From assembly GCA_040954595.2 (NCBI GenBank), contig CM082587.2:5258206-5322205 (forward strand): a DNA stretch of 64,000 nt, given 5' to 3'. The position numbers and the translations under genes were made by a program. The DNA is from Balanoglossus misakiensis. Lineage: Eukaryota; Animalia; Hemichordata. Below, one piece after another: positions 39,130 to 50,969 of this stretch; position 1 is the stretch's first letter, and every line of letters begins with the position of its first letter. A model generated the notes under the pieces. It saw only the letters and a program-made list of their open reading frames with translations, was not told the origin of the DNA and made no database searches.

Positions 39130-42100
39130 ATGACATGCAAATCTCGCCCATGCCGTTGTCGGAGATTTCGCAGCGTTTGTCGTGGACATTTGAACAAAGT
39201 TGTCGCTTTCATTGTACTGTTTTCTTGCGCAGTGCTTGTGAGGGAATATGTATGGCGAATTCGCACCAATGGACAAGGCCAGCAACTGAATCCAAGGTGA
39301 GCTCGCCAAGTGCGATCCATCGTTTATTCTGTCCATGTTATTTCAGTGAAAACCATTTCAGGACGGCAATACGGAAGGCCGGGCCGGGTACCGGCGGAAA
39401 CGATACAGTTCCGGATCTTTCGACCAGAATCATTGCCGCGGTATCCAGTCGTGGGTCCTGGGGGCGCAAGTGTCATACCCCTGGAGAAAAGACTCACAAA
39501 CAAACAGTTTATATTGTTTAATGTAGGCCTGTGAACTCATCAATTGATTTTCACTGTGTTCAACTCAAATCCATTTACAATAATCGAAATGCTGGATTTC
39601 CTGGCTCTGCTAAATTGCTTTTACCTTGTAAATTGTTTTTAATTAACTGGGGTGAATTGACATAAAATCGAAAATCGATATTATTTCTCCTACTAGTACT
39701 ATACAGTGTCAACCTCTTACTGTACCCACAATGCAATTTTTGTAATGTGAAGCGACCTTCTAGCACGATTTAAAAACCAAGAAATGGAACAGCGTTAGGG
39801 GGGAGGGGAGGGGCAAAAGCACCTCCTCGTTACAGCGTATGACTGCGGGCAATTACCTTTTTGCGTTTAGAAACAAAATAGCCAACGGTGCATAGTGCGG
39901 ATTAACGCGTTCATACATAATGGTATTTGCTATTTCCAAACATCTGCGCCAGATTGGTTGTTTGGATAAACCCTTTTCCTTTGCTTGTTTCAAATGACAA
40001 TTGCGTGTTCAATGTTTATCCATTACAGGACCCTTACACTCTTGAGAAAGGTGGCATTTACGTGCAAACGGTCATGGTGTTTTCCCCTTTGAAGTGATGG
40101 GCCCGAGGAAATTTCCTGCACTCAAACTAATGAAAGGTTTAACATAGGGAACGCATATCAGTCAACACAAAGCAGATCTTGTACACTCACATGGCACGTT
40201 GACTATTTTAAATCGCATCGTAATCACTTTCCTATCTGCTATCCACAATTTTTTTCTCGTCAAAATCGTCCATTTTTTTCTCATCAAAATCGTCCACCCC
40301 ACAGAAATCAAATGGTCTACCCCTTATACCAGTTGTCCTCTTCCTTCGTCGACAGGGAACGTGGTATCGCGGAATCTCGGACGGAGAATGCGGAATCACA
40401 CGAGACTTCCAGTCTAATGACCGACCACCTGTCAGCACTAAAGGGAATTTACAGAACTCTCTCAAAACCCTGGCGACCCAATAAAGCAGCTTCGAACAGC
40501 TTGAGGTTGGTTTTCTCATCTTCCAGCAATTTTTTTGAAAGTTTCTTGATCCCGGGGAGTGGATGGTTCTCAGTGATAACAATCTCCATAAAATGACGAG
40601 CGAAAAGCTGGACAATTTCAGCGAAATGCCGTCTGATTTCGCCTTCTCTCTCGACAGGAGGGCGCTTCAAACTCACCTGACCCCAGCCAGACGCATATTT
40701 CTTACCAAAGAGACAGCTCACATCGGCGCTACACGGCGGTTCCCTAGGAAACCGACTGAGACATTTACAATAAACAAAAATCTGTATAAACACCTGATAC
40801 AGGTAAGGGGATGTCGTGACGGTTTCGCAATGTAAATGATAGATTTTGTATATTTTTGTCGTCGGTTCTGTTTTGTTGGTGTGTGTAACCTTATGAATTT
40901 TCCTTGAAGAGAGGGCGTCCCTGTTCTCCAGTATTTAACTGTCAAACATGTTCACTTGCAGCTCGGCGAAACAACTTTCGTTTACTGATATCTAACGTAG
41001 AGGGTGCAGGGTGCATGTACTGTGGAGATATTTCAAGAGCGATCTTTATCGTGCAAAATTAGTCAGTGTAGTCTATGTTTGTCACATTGACTTATATATT
41101 AAGCTTTCTGCGGCAGTCTCCTATGCAGTTTAAACAGGTTTGAACCAGTTATAAGCCCGGAGTTATCATTCCGTTTTTCTTCTGGTGGTCAAGACTACGT
41201 TGGCGTGGTATTAGAGCCATTTCTTTCATGTGTACTTGTACCCAGGCAGACCAGCTGATTTAAATCAGATTGACCATTCGCTCAACTTCCACGTGCATAT
41301 CCAATTGCAGGAAAATCCGCTCAATCTGAATGGCTATCAGAAATGCCACGTGGTTGGCAATTCAGGAATTCTGGTCGACAGCCGATGTGGAGAGGAAATA
41401 GACCACGCCGACTTCGTCTTTAGGTGAGAGATGTAATTACAATTTCCTGGAATTTTGATTGCATTGTAAAATGTCTTTAATGCATGGCGCAATGGTGTAC
41501 AGAGAACGACTCTATTAATAGTGCTGTTAATTTCTGATAAAAATAGCCGTTCAATGTTGGCTGAAGTATATTAGTGTGTATTTTTCAGGTGTAATTTACA
41601 ACCTCTTCGGCAGTTTTCTGAAGATGCTGGAATTCGGAGTAATTTGAGTACTCTAAATCCGAGCGTGATCTGGGTCAGGTATGTCAAAATTGCAAAAAAA
41701 TTGAGGAAATGGTGCAGAGTCGCCATTTTATGAACTCATCGGTCGGAAACAAAGAGTTGTAATTTTACTGATTATATGAACTTTATAATAAATCAATGGT
41801 CGTTTTTTCAAAGGTATCAGAGACTGGAAAATGCGAAGGAAAAGGAACGTTTTACAAGCATCGCTTCCGAACATTCTGGACTGGTTGCCGTGCCGACGGG
41901 CGGAGCATCCGGACTGAAATGGTCTCTGGCAGCAATGGATGCACTTAGAAGGGCGCCACTCGCGCCGGAAGTTGTGTTGATTGACCCAGACCATATATTA
42001 TCCGTGAGGGAGTTCTGGAAAAAGAACATCACTGGAACAGCTACAACTGGTAAGAACCTCGGAAACTGATGGTGGCATTTCAAGTTAATTTATTCATGAC

Positions 42101-42451
42101 TAGTGTCGTCTGCCGCATATATTTCCTTTAAATGGTCGTTGTTCATACCGTATTCGGTTCACGAAAACGCCATTTTCATCCCATCGTTTTCATTCTCGTT
42201 CTCATCGTTTTCATCCTCATCGCTGTATTTTAGGCATGTACTTGACGACAGTAGCTCTGCTTTTATGCGAAGAAGTTCATTTATACGGATTTTGGCCATT
42301 TTCTTACAACCACGAGGGACGACACATTCCCTTCCACTACACACAGGACTTGCAGAAATCAAGTGTTAATCATCACATGCCGGAAGAATTTAACTTGTTG
42401 GTGAACCTTCACAAAGATGGACTCCTTAAAATTCATATCGGTCCATGCTGA
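39130..42451 (+). CDS. ST8Sia-like sialyltransferase paralog 3, 7 exons, about 389 aa
   Basis: Exons 39130-39296, 40305-40505, 40658-40802, 41311-41423, 41589-41678, 41814-42049, 42234-42451. TM VVAFIVLFSCAVLV; L-motif [30 protein letters not shown]; DAG...LNPS; S-motif [44 protein letters not shown]. Confidence 0.93.
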
Positions 42452-42830
42452 CCGGAAAATAACGTTTCTGTGTAGGCCAGAGCGTTACTGACCGATCGTC
42501 AAATTTATTATTCATCGATGTACACGATTTTGCCGTCCAAACGGTACCTGTACACCGACATTCAAAGCATTCGTACAATCTTTTAAACATTCTGCTAAGG
42601 ATTTAATGCGATGTGTTTGGGGCCGAGTCCTGCTAGATACTCATATTTTGCTAGAAATATTTAAATGGCAAATTTGCCACTAAATGCGAAAGAAACAGAC
42701 TGGGGTCATCTCAAGGAACCTGTATACCGAATATCAAAGTTACATGACATATGGTGTCATTCTGGGATAATATACATTGACGTTTAGATTATCTCAAAGG
42801 TACAATCGCCGTGGAACGTACCGTGCCCTC

Positions 42831-44996
42831 TTAAAATGCACAATGTGTATGAGTTTTGTGGTTTTTGTCGCCCGACCACGGACCTAAATTCTCAATGCCC
42901 CCTTCCTCGGAACACAAGGAATTCCACTTGGCGTAAGCTTCTTTGCAAGTCTTGTCGCATTCCCAGGGGACCTGGAAGTCCACCGCGGACCCTCGGTAAT
43001 GATAAGATCTCGATGAGTGACAACCTCCAGCAAGCTCATTTACCTGCCATGAAAGTACGATTTTAATTAATTTTACATTTAATAGCACAGCACGACTTCT
43101 GGCCTCTACACAGCTTCTTAGGGTCGGTTTACAATGGAAAGTCAGTATCTATATTTGTATTTGTCAAGACGTCAGACGTCACTTGAGCTTATGAACCTGT
43201 TCATTATTTCCATAATCTCCTACACTTGTGATGAAGACTAAAAACTTTCTCTAAACCCTTAAGATCTATTACTATTCCGATTGTGATATTTATGCAAATC
43301 TTAATTATTTTGTAAAACCTAAATTATCAAATATGGTTGGCTTAAACAAAACCTACCGTCACTTTTCCAACTTCGTCAGCAACCCTTTTGACATATTTCA
43401 ATACTTTAACATCCAAACAAACATACCCTCCTGGAGCAGAGACCTTACAACCACTTGAAATATAACAAGAAAACAATCGCACCATATTATTAATACAATG
43501 TTATAATGTTCTTGTCAAAGTGTAATAATGAAAGATATTTTTACCAAGAGAAAATCGTGTCTCAGTGTATTTATGCAGACCATATAGCAGTACTAATAAG
43601 GAATTACGCGATTAACAGGCCATTAACCACTGTTTTTCACCCACAATGCAATTATTAGAATGTGATTTGACCCCTACCACGATGTAAAACCCATTTAAAG
43701 AAAGTAGGAATTGTTTCCCCGCGAAGACGGAACGTCTCTTAACCAAAATTTAACACGGGTTCGTTAGCTATTAACAAAATCGCATGAACAGTCATGAGGT
43801 CCCTTCAAATCAAACTACTGACCCCATACTAGTGATTTATAAAATCCTCCATCAAGAATACTTACGCGTATGATGATCTTTTTGCTTTTCCGCCATAACA
43901 AGTGTCATTGATATTCTGCAATGGTTCCGCTCCATCCTTATTTCCGGAAGTATGGTCGTGCCAGGATATGTTGCCATGATCACGAATCTGACAAGCTAGT
44001 TTACTCACTTCCTGTCCACATTCTGCAAAGACAGATACAGTACGTACGTCGTCCGTGTCAAAAGTATTGAAGTTCGCTGCTAGTGCTGCTGGTGCCTAAT
44101 CTGTATCTGACGAGTGTAGGTCCCGCTTTCACGAAACTTACCGGTAATACACTGCAAAAGCAGCCCCAGTTTCCTTCTACATTGTACCATGTATAGGTAA
44201 TTGCACGCGTAATGTTGCGTTACGCTTGGTATCACCACACTTGGATGGATGGATGGATGGATGTGTTTTTGAGCGTTTGTGTTGATGGGCTGAGTGTGGG
44301 GTGGATCGAGGGGGGATGGATGAATGCATGGATCAACTTTGGAGAGTATGTCTGTTGTTGTCGTCTTCGTTATTGTTGTTGTGGTTCAATTTCGACAAGC
44401 AATGCTAAAGAAGTACCATGTTTTACCGTCGAATGCGCAATGTGTGTATCCATCCTGACTGTTATCTGGGCCCGTATTTTCAACTGCGCCTTCCTCGCCG
44501 CAGATCCTTTTCCACTCAGTGTGTGCATTATCACTAGGTACTTCTAAATCGACGGCAGTTCCCCTGTGGTGTCTGGATGAGTTCGAATGACAAGTGCCCA
44601 CCAGACTCTTGACCTACATCACCGGGATAATATTTATGTCAGTTGTGGAGTTATTTTCAGTTGGCAATGTGCTAGCGAAGATCAATTTGAAATCTAAAAT
44701 CTCCAAACGAAGGAAAGGAATGGCCCAAGTTACCTTTACTGGCCCAATCTCCTTGGCGATCTTCTGGATATATCTCAACGCACTCTTCTGAAGACACACA
44801 TAACAACTCGGCGTAACCTTCTGATCGCACGAACAACTAAAAAGACAGACATACGCAAGTTCTAATTCTGATTGGTATGTCGAATATTTTGGTAAATTGC
44901 CTATGTACGTCCAAACTACGCATGTACCTTATATTGATCAACAATTCCTCTGTAAATTGAGGAGTAGATTAGAAGACATTGTTTTTACAGTCTTTA

Positions 44997-45093
<97 letters not shown>

Positions 45094-48000
45094 TGTCCTA
45101 GTCATAAATGAAACAGATACTAGTAATGCAAAAAGTGCATGAGTGCACGAGAGTCAAGCATAAAGTCGATCATAGAGATGAATAGCAAAGAAAATCTTCG
45201 CGCTGAAGTTAATAGCAACTAACGCTGGTTTCTTGGCTTGTCCACCATCGCAGGTGTCTCTGATATTTGACTGTGCATCAGTACCGTTTGAAGAACTATT
45301 AGTTGATAGCGTAATATTTTTGGACTTCAATATCTCACATGCCAGTTTCCTCACTTCAAGGCCACAGTCTGTATAGAAGGTAATAAAACAATGAAACAGC
45401 AATGTAAGGGTACATTAGATACGACAGTTCGTTGACACATGTCTGGGCGTGAAGACTAGATTGTATTTCTCACAGAAGCTGGGAGAGTATCCCCGAGATA
45501 TATAAAAGAGCACAATGGATGACACATTGATATGACGTCACTTACGACAATTAGGATATCCTGTGCAGCACACCACATTAGAATCCTGCCCGGAACACTT
45601 TCCATCGACGTACGACATGTTTGGACAGCAGTCAGCGACAACACATCGACCACCTTCAGCTTCGCAGGAGTATTCTTGAAATGAAACTGGGAAAACAAAG
45701 GGATGTTATCGTCTGTCAGTTAGTGCTCTCTGTTACTCCCGAGGAGAAAATATAAGAGTCTTTTAATACATTTTAAATATACGAAAAGATTCAACTCACG
45801 GCATTTCACTGGGAGACTCTGGCAGCACTTTACATTAGGCCCCTGCGTTGGACACTTTCCACGCACGTAGTTATTATCGGCACAGCAACTCCTCACAGTG
45901 CATCGACCCCCGATGGCTGCACAATTATCCTCTTGATAAGGACCTAGATGAAAGAACATGTTTTGTCACATTCAGTGGACATGGTTGTGTGTCTAGCCAA
46001 ATACAGATACGAATACCAGTCACGTGGCCAACTCGGGTAGATCATGTCACAAAGAGAGGTGTTCCCCCCCCCCCCACACAAAAAAACAAACAAAACATTT
46101 TCAAATTCACACCGTCACACATTTGCATTGTTACTCTCTTAATAACCGAGAAGACTTTATTACTCTCGGCCGATCTGCAGACAAATCCCACATACCTTCA
46201 CTGTAGCTGTTCGATTTAAGACAGCATTTGACATCGCCCGGTAGATTTGGACATTTGTTTGGTACGAAGTTACCACCCGAACAGTCACTGGTATATTTAC
46301 ATTCTCCACCTATAGCTTTACACGCTTCCCTGTTGGGTGCTTAAAGTATTTAATAAACGTGTTAGTAAACATATTTTAGGAAGTTTACTTTTGATTATAT
46401 TATACCAGTATATTGATGGTGTAAATCACGCTATTTGATTGGTCGAGACACGACACGTGACCGTGATATATTAGCCATATACCACAGTCATATATCATAG
46501 TTAAAGAAAATGCCTTTTTAAAATGTTTTATGCAAAGTTTCAATATACTGGCATAATATAATAGCAATAAAACACCCCCAGCCATGGTATACCACTCGAT
46601 TTTGACCAGTTCAACTCCATATACGCACTCGCTATCGCTCGTGCGTATATGTCGTGAACTGGTCAAAATCTCGTGATATACCATGGCTGGGGGTGTTTTA
46701 TTGCTTAAATTAAACATGTCTTGAGATACGATAAAAACCGAATCATCCGCACTTATACTTATAGAGCTGTGAAAGTGAAAGAGACGGTATAGGTATAGCT
46801 TTTTAAATGGCTGGCTTTTTTAATCGTATGCAATTATCCGCGAATGAATGTTATACATTGTGAATTCAGCATGTAAAGTTGATATTGGTTGAGCAAAGTA
46901 AAGGTCTGATGATATGATAAATAAACTCACGTTCTTCCTGTGGGGGGCTCACGGCAAGTTGGTTGCTGGATAGAGCATCTGAAACTACCTCGCCGCCCTT
47001 TGAAATGGCCGAATTTTCCGGCGAGGGAAATTTCATCGCGAGACATCTCCCAACTTCATTGTTGAACAAATCGAGGACTCTCACGTCGAAAACGTGCACG
47101 TGGGTCCTTATTCTCGTATCGCCATATTCCTTCGCCATATCGTAACCATAAATATTTGCAATGACGTACATCACCAGTGCATTGAAGAAAGCTTGAGCCT
47201 GGATGCTGCCTACAAGGTGTAGAGTGGAATACTCTTGAAGTGGGTTGTATTGCTACTCAACTTCCGGGTATATGACTTGCATTGGAATAGAGGTCAAGGG
47301 TGAATATTACCCCCGGCAGTCATAATTATCATGGTATACTATTTCCTCAAATGTTATATCGCAACACGGACTATTGCTCCGTAGATCAACCCCTTTTCTA
47401 GTATTTTCGTGAAATAAAGGAGGCATCAATAAATGGATCTTGTCAGACTCTGACAAGTCTTTCCAAATTAATCGGAAATTGCGGACACCGTTACAAAGAA
47501 ACGATATGTTCTTGTCATCATGAAAATTGTCGCATGATGTGGTCGTCGTCTTTGCACGGTTGCGTTGAGTTTTGGCCAGGTGACATATATATATATATAT
47601 AGGGCGCAATTCATGGCCTACCAGAGACCCAAGTCTTGCACCTAACTTCTCAGCGAATCAGATTACTGGTGTCAGATCAAACATATTATAATCATGTCTT
47701 ATTTTACCTGTTTCGCCGAACTTTTCCTTAGTAACAAATTCGCAGTCAACGATAATTGTATTCAGATCCGCCCTTGGGTTCACCACAGCGAACAGTACAT
47801 CTCTGCTCCCATATGGATCAAAATGGAAAGACTGGTACAAGTCTTCTTCGCTTGGACGTGTCCTGGGCATGCGCAATGCATCTAAAACCACATAAAATAC
47901 GCTAAACGTACTTTTTCAAGGCATGCGACTTTTAAATCACAATATTTTAGAGAGTGTAGAACGTAGTTGACGCATGGATGGATGTCTGTCTGTTCGCTTT

Positions 48001-49043
48001 TACTGTACATGTTATACTATCTCGTGATCTCGAGAAAGTATCTCGTGATCACTATGATATCTCGCGATAGTATCTCGAGATCTCGAGGTATTTTTTTTCG
48101 CTTTGCAAATTGCCCCTTACATGGAGGTTCATACCATACTAAAATGTTTAGTAGAAATTTCAATCGTACCGCAAGCATTTTGACGTTTGTGCCTTTCGCT
48201 TTGCGAGTCTTCCACATCGGTCAAGTCCTTTCCTGATGAATATGCAACCTGGACAGAAGTGTTCAAGAGGAAGTGAACGTAAAACCGACTATGATGTAAA
48301 GCAAATACACACTGTCACAAAGGCAGTTCGTGATCTAAGCCACAATTATGGTGAATTATGAAAAGTGTTATGTTTGACAGGGGTCTTGAAAGCTTTTGTA
48401 CTTGGTACTCGGGAAACTAATGTTGTAAAGGTCTACTCGCAGTGCGGTCACTCAAGTTTATAATACAAATATTCGCTTATCAGTACAAACACTGGGAGTA
48501 CGAACAACCAATTGAACAAACTACATGGGTAAACAAAAGGTAAATATGTACAGAGAATTCAGTCGCTTTTTCGTGTGTTTTTTTTTCCATAAGCTCCGCT
48601 GTCAGTGACGCGAAACCTATCAGAAATGCCGACTGTCCGTCGTCCGCCCTACGTACGCCACCAATTGACTTCTTCTCTGAAAACTGCTTGCCCGAGTACT
48701 TTGCAATTTCTTATGATGGTTCCCAGAGGTTTGTTAAAACTGTGATGAAATAAGCATATTCGTATTTTTGGAGCAAGTTTTGCTGTTTAGTGGAAAAATG
48801 TTCTTCTCTGACACGATGCAAAAGTGAACGTTCGCGGTGACAGTTTCAGCTGGTCTTACCTCGCACGACTAGGTCAACACCAGCAACGGAAGTGGTTCGG
48901 TGTTTCCACAGAAATACAACACGGACGTCGTTTCAAGACATTCGCAGTCTGGACTATATAAAATGAAGCGAAGTTTTGACCTCAGAACTTACCTTGACCA
49001 GGAGGATACATGCGATTAAGACAGTTGAGCTGGACAGCTTCAT
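42831..49043 (-). CDS. Secreted protein: signal peptide, RHKR pro-site, three Cys-rich repeats, two tandem Zn D-Ala-D-Ala carboxypeptidase-like (peptidase M15/LAS fold) domains; 11 exons, about 486 aa
   Basis: Exons 48993-49043 (MKLSSSTVLIACILLVK), 48170-48248 (VAYS...RHKRQNAC), 46196-46339, 45800-45943, 45546-45686 (each CxxxGGxC...C...KC.....VxCC), 45224-45368, 44734-44836, 44427-44613 (domain 1: SRHHRGTAVD...YTHCAF), 43866-44022, 43357-43453, 42831-43043 (domain 2: AKRSSY..APGGYVCLD..AGGCHSSRSYHYRGSAVD...HTHCAF). All junctions are GT-AG and phase-compatible, giving 1461 nt open. Confidence 0.82.
45001..45093. repeat. (CAT)n microsatellite, about 31 units
   Basis: Seen directly, intronic. 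Confidence 0.97.
46563..46705. mobile_element. Fully palindromic MITE-like element, about 143 bp
   Basis: AGCAATAAAACACCCCCAGCCATGGTATA at the left is the exact reverse complement of the right end. Inner arms GATTTTGACCAGTTCA / TGAACTGGTCAAAATC and CATATACGCAC / GTGCGTATATG; AT-rich flanks. Confidence 0.8.
46866..47891 (-). pseudogene. Intron-nested, intronless decayed reading frame with a DUF6973 / Wnt-core-like C-terminal motif
   Basis: ORFs 47658-47891, 47307-47609 and 46866-47174 share one frame, broken by stops at 47658, 47307 and 47253. The C-terminal part reads QAQAFFNALVMYVIANIYGYDMAKEYGDT...VLDLFNNEVGRCLA. Confidence 0.55.
48014..48090. repeat. Short palindromic minisatellite of TATCTCGnGA units
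   Basis: Repeated tatctcgtga / tctcgaga / tatctcgcga units; the whole block is self-complementary. Confidence 0.6.
48585..48812 (+). mobile_element. Fragment of a non-autonomous interspersed repeat (HINE/DINE-1-like)
   Basis: T-run start, (CGTC)-like tract, then TTCTTCTCTGAAAACTGCTTG...TTTGCAATTT subrepeats resembling those at 63050-63250. Confidence 0.45.
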
Positions 49044-50969
49044 TGTTTCGACCGACAAGGGGAATGTGGCGGGTTCAAGCAACGACAGTCTGCTGATCTG
49101 CAGACACCGTTAGGCCGTCGTCAAGGAAGTTATCCTCAAACATTGAGCTCAGGTGATTTTTTAAAGTCTTCCTGGTGCGATGTACTGTAAGATCCGGGGT
49201 TGACCTGAGATAGCCTTTGCTTACAACATAACAATAGGATATTGATTTACCTTCACAAAATACACGGTGTCGTGAGTTTGTTTGACGTGGAATCATTCAA
49301 CGGCGACAGCAGTCGTTATGGTAACCGGCACGGCCACTCTTCAAGAAAGATTAAATGCATTTACAATGTACTTCAAAGTACCTCTGCACCTTTCACGATC
49401 ATGCGTCAGTTGAATAGGTTTACAACTGCATGCACCCGTCTGGTCGGATGTCGGCGGGGGTCGAACCGGAGGTTCGAGTTATTGCTTCGTCCATCTTACA
49501 CTGTACACCGCAAAATCCCGTGAAATTGTCCTTATTTGTGATTGTAGTGATACATGTTATTGTAGTAATACTTAGAGATCAGAAACTAATGCACATAATT
49601 GGTAATATTTTCTGAAATCCCTGCAGAAACACAAAGGGCCCAATATCTGAAAGCAGTGCAGTTTTATAGAAGTCTGGATGTTAACGCTGGTAATGATAAA
49701 GGAAAATAGTATACTGTCTCAATAAGAGTGCACTTGGAACACTACATTTGTTGAATATATTAATAGCTTTATTGTCTTATCTTTAATAAATAATCACCAT
49801 TTCGGTTTTTGGAAGTTCCTGTCTTTTCGAGGGGTTAAATAAATAATATAAAATGTACAATAAATCATGTGGGAAAAAATCTGTATATAAATTATCTCGC
49901 TGAAAAGTTTACAAGTAAAAGTTGATAATAAATCTTAAATATACCAACAATTAAACAAAGCCGAAAATTCAATTATTTAAACTTAGTATCCGACAAAAGT
50001 TTCGAGGTATATACATTCGCACACCAAAATTCCCAGGTAAATAGTGGATCCAGAAATATACATGAAAGCGCTGTATATTGTGAAACACTGCTACCTACAT
50101 TGGTAGCTATAAAATACCCCGAGGGTCTCTATAGGCATTTAAAATGACAACTTTGACGATAATTCCTAAAAGATCTAATATAAGATAATATGAACTGAAT
50201 GTATGTATGTATATACACATTGATACATAGTTGATGTTTAAGTTCTTATTATAATACGAATGTTGTCTAGGAAACCAAAGTGATGCACAATGCAACCACT
50301 GGCTACAGGAGTACATGCATACTGTACTGGATGATTTAATACACGTATATTCCTTTGAAACTACCACGCATTTCTGTAATATTCATAGAAGACATACAGC
50401 TTCTAAAATCCCAGAACGTTGTTTTACCAAGGCCAACTGGCAGTTGCTCCAATTAGTATTCTGGTATAAATTGTACTTCACTTTTCTTTAATTCTGCTGT
50501 ACTCATCACTTGGAATGTTTGACTGTCCTATCCTAACGTCAGCTGCTTCAAACTGCTACAAATACGTCGAATTTCTTTCCACTTGACATAAAACTCTTAC
50601 ACCAAAGTTTAAACGTGACGAGACAAAGATTAAAAAATATATTAATAAACACAAATGTACTGTATACTTTGTAAACTATTGGAATAAATATGAGTTCGTA
50701 TTGCGTTTGTAAATACAAATATTTTGGAATGGTACTGTATGAACAAAAAGTATTTTCATGTTTTGCATAATTAGACAGAAAAGTATTGTCAATGGAATAT
50801 TGCGCACTGGAAAAAAGATATATTTAGAAAATGGATCGTATCATGAAATATTTGTTGCCCAAATACTGGATGTCCGCGAGGACTAATAGGTTACTATTGG
50901 GTTAAAATATTGGGTTAATACCGATTGTGCTTTAAATCCCATCACTTCATGACACAGAGTATTGGCCTT

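Noticed and set aside
44142-44151. 10-nt segment flanked by a good acceptor and GTAAGT donor between the two peptidase domains
   Set aside because: Inclusion would shift the frame, and the flanking exons already join in phase; unsupported without RNA data.
42831-44613. Possible Hedgehog N-terminal signalling domain
   Set aside because: Only the H-x6-D...HxH zinc signature is shared; there is no CGPGR start, Hedgehog-specific sequence or Hint domain.
48860-48948. Apparent exon with a GTAAG donor in the first intron of the peptidase gene
   Set aside because: It contains an in-frame stop and would need an intron of only about 44 nt.
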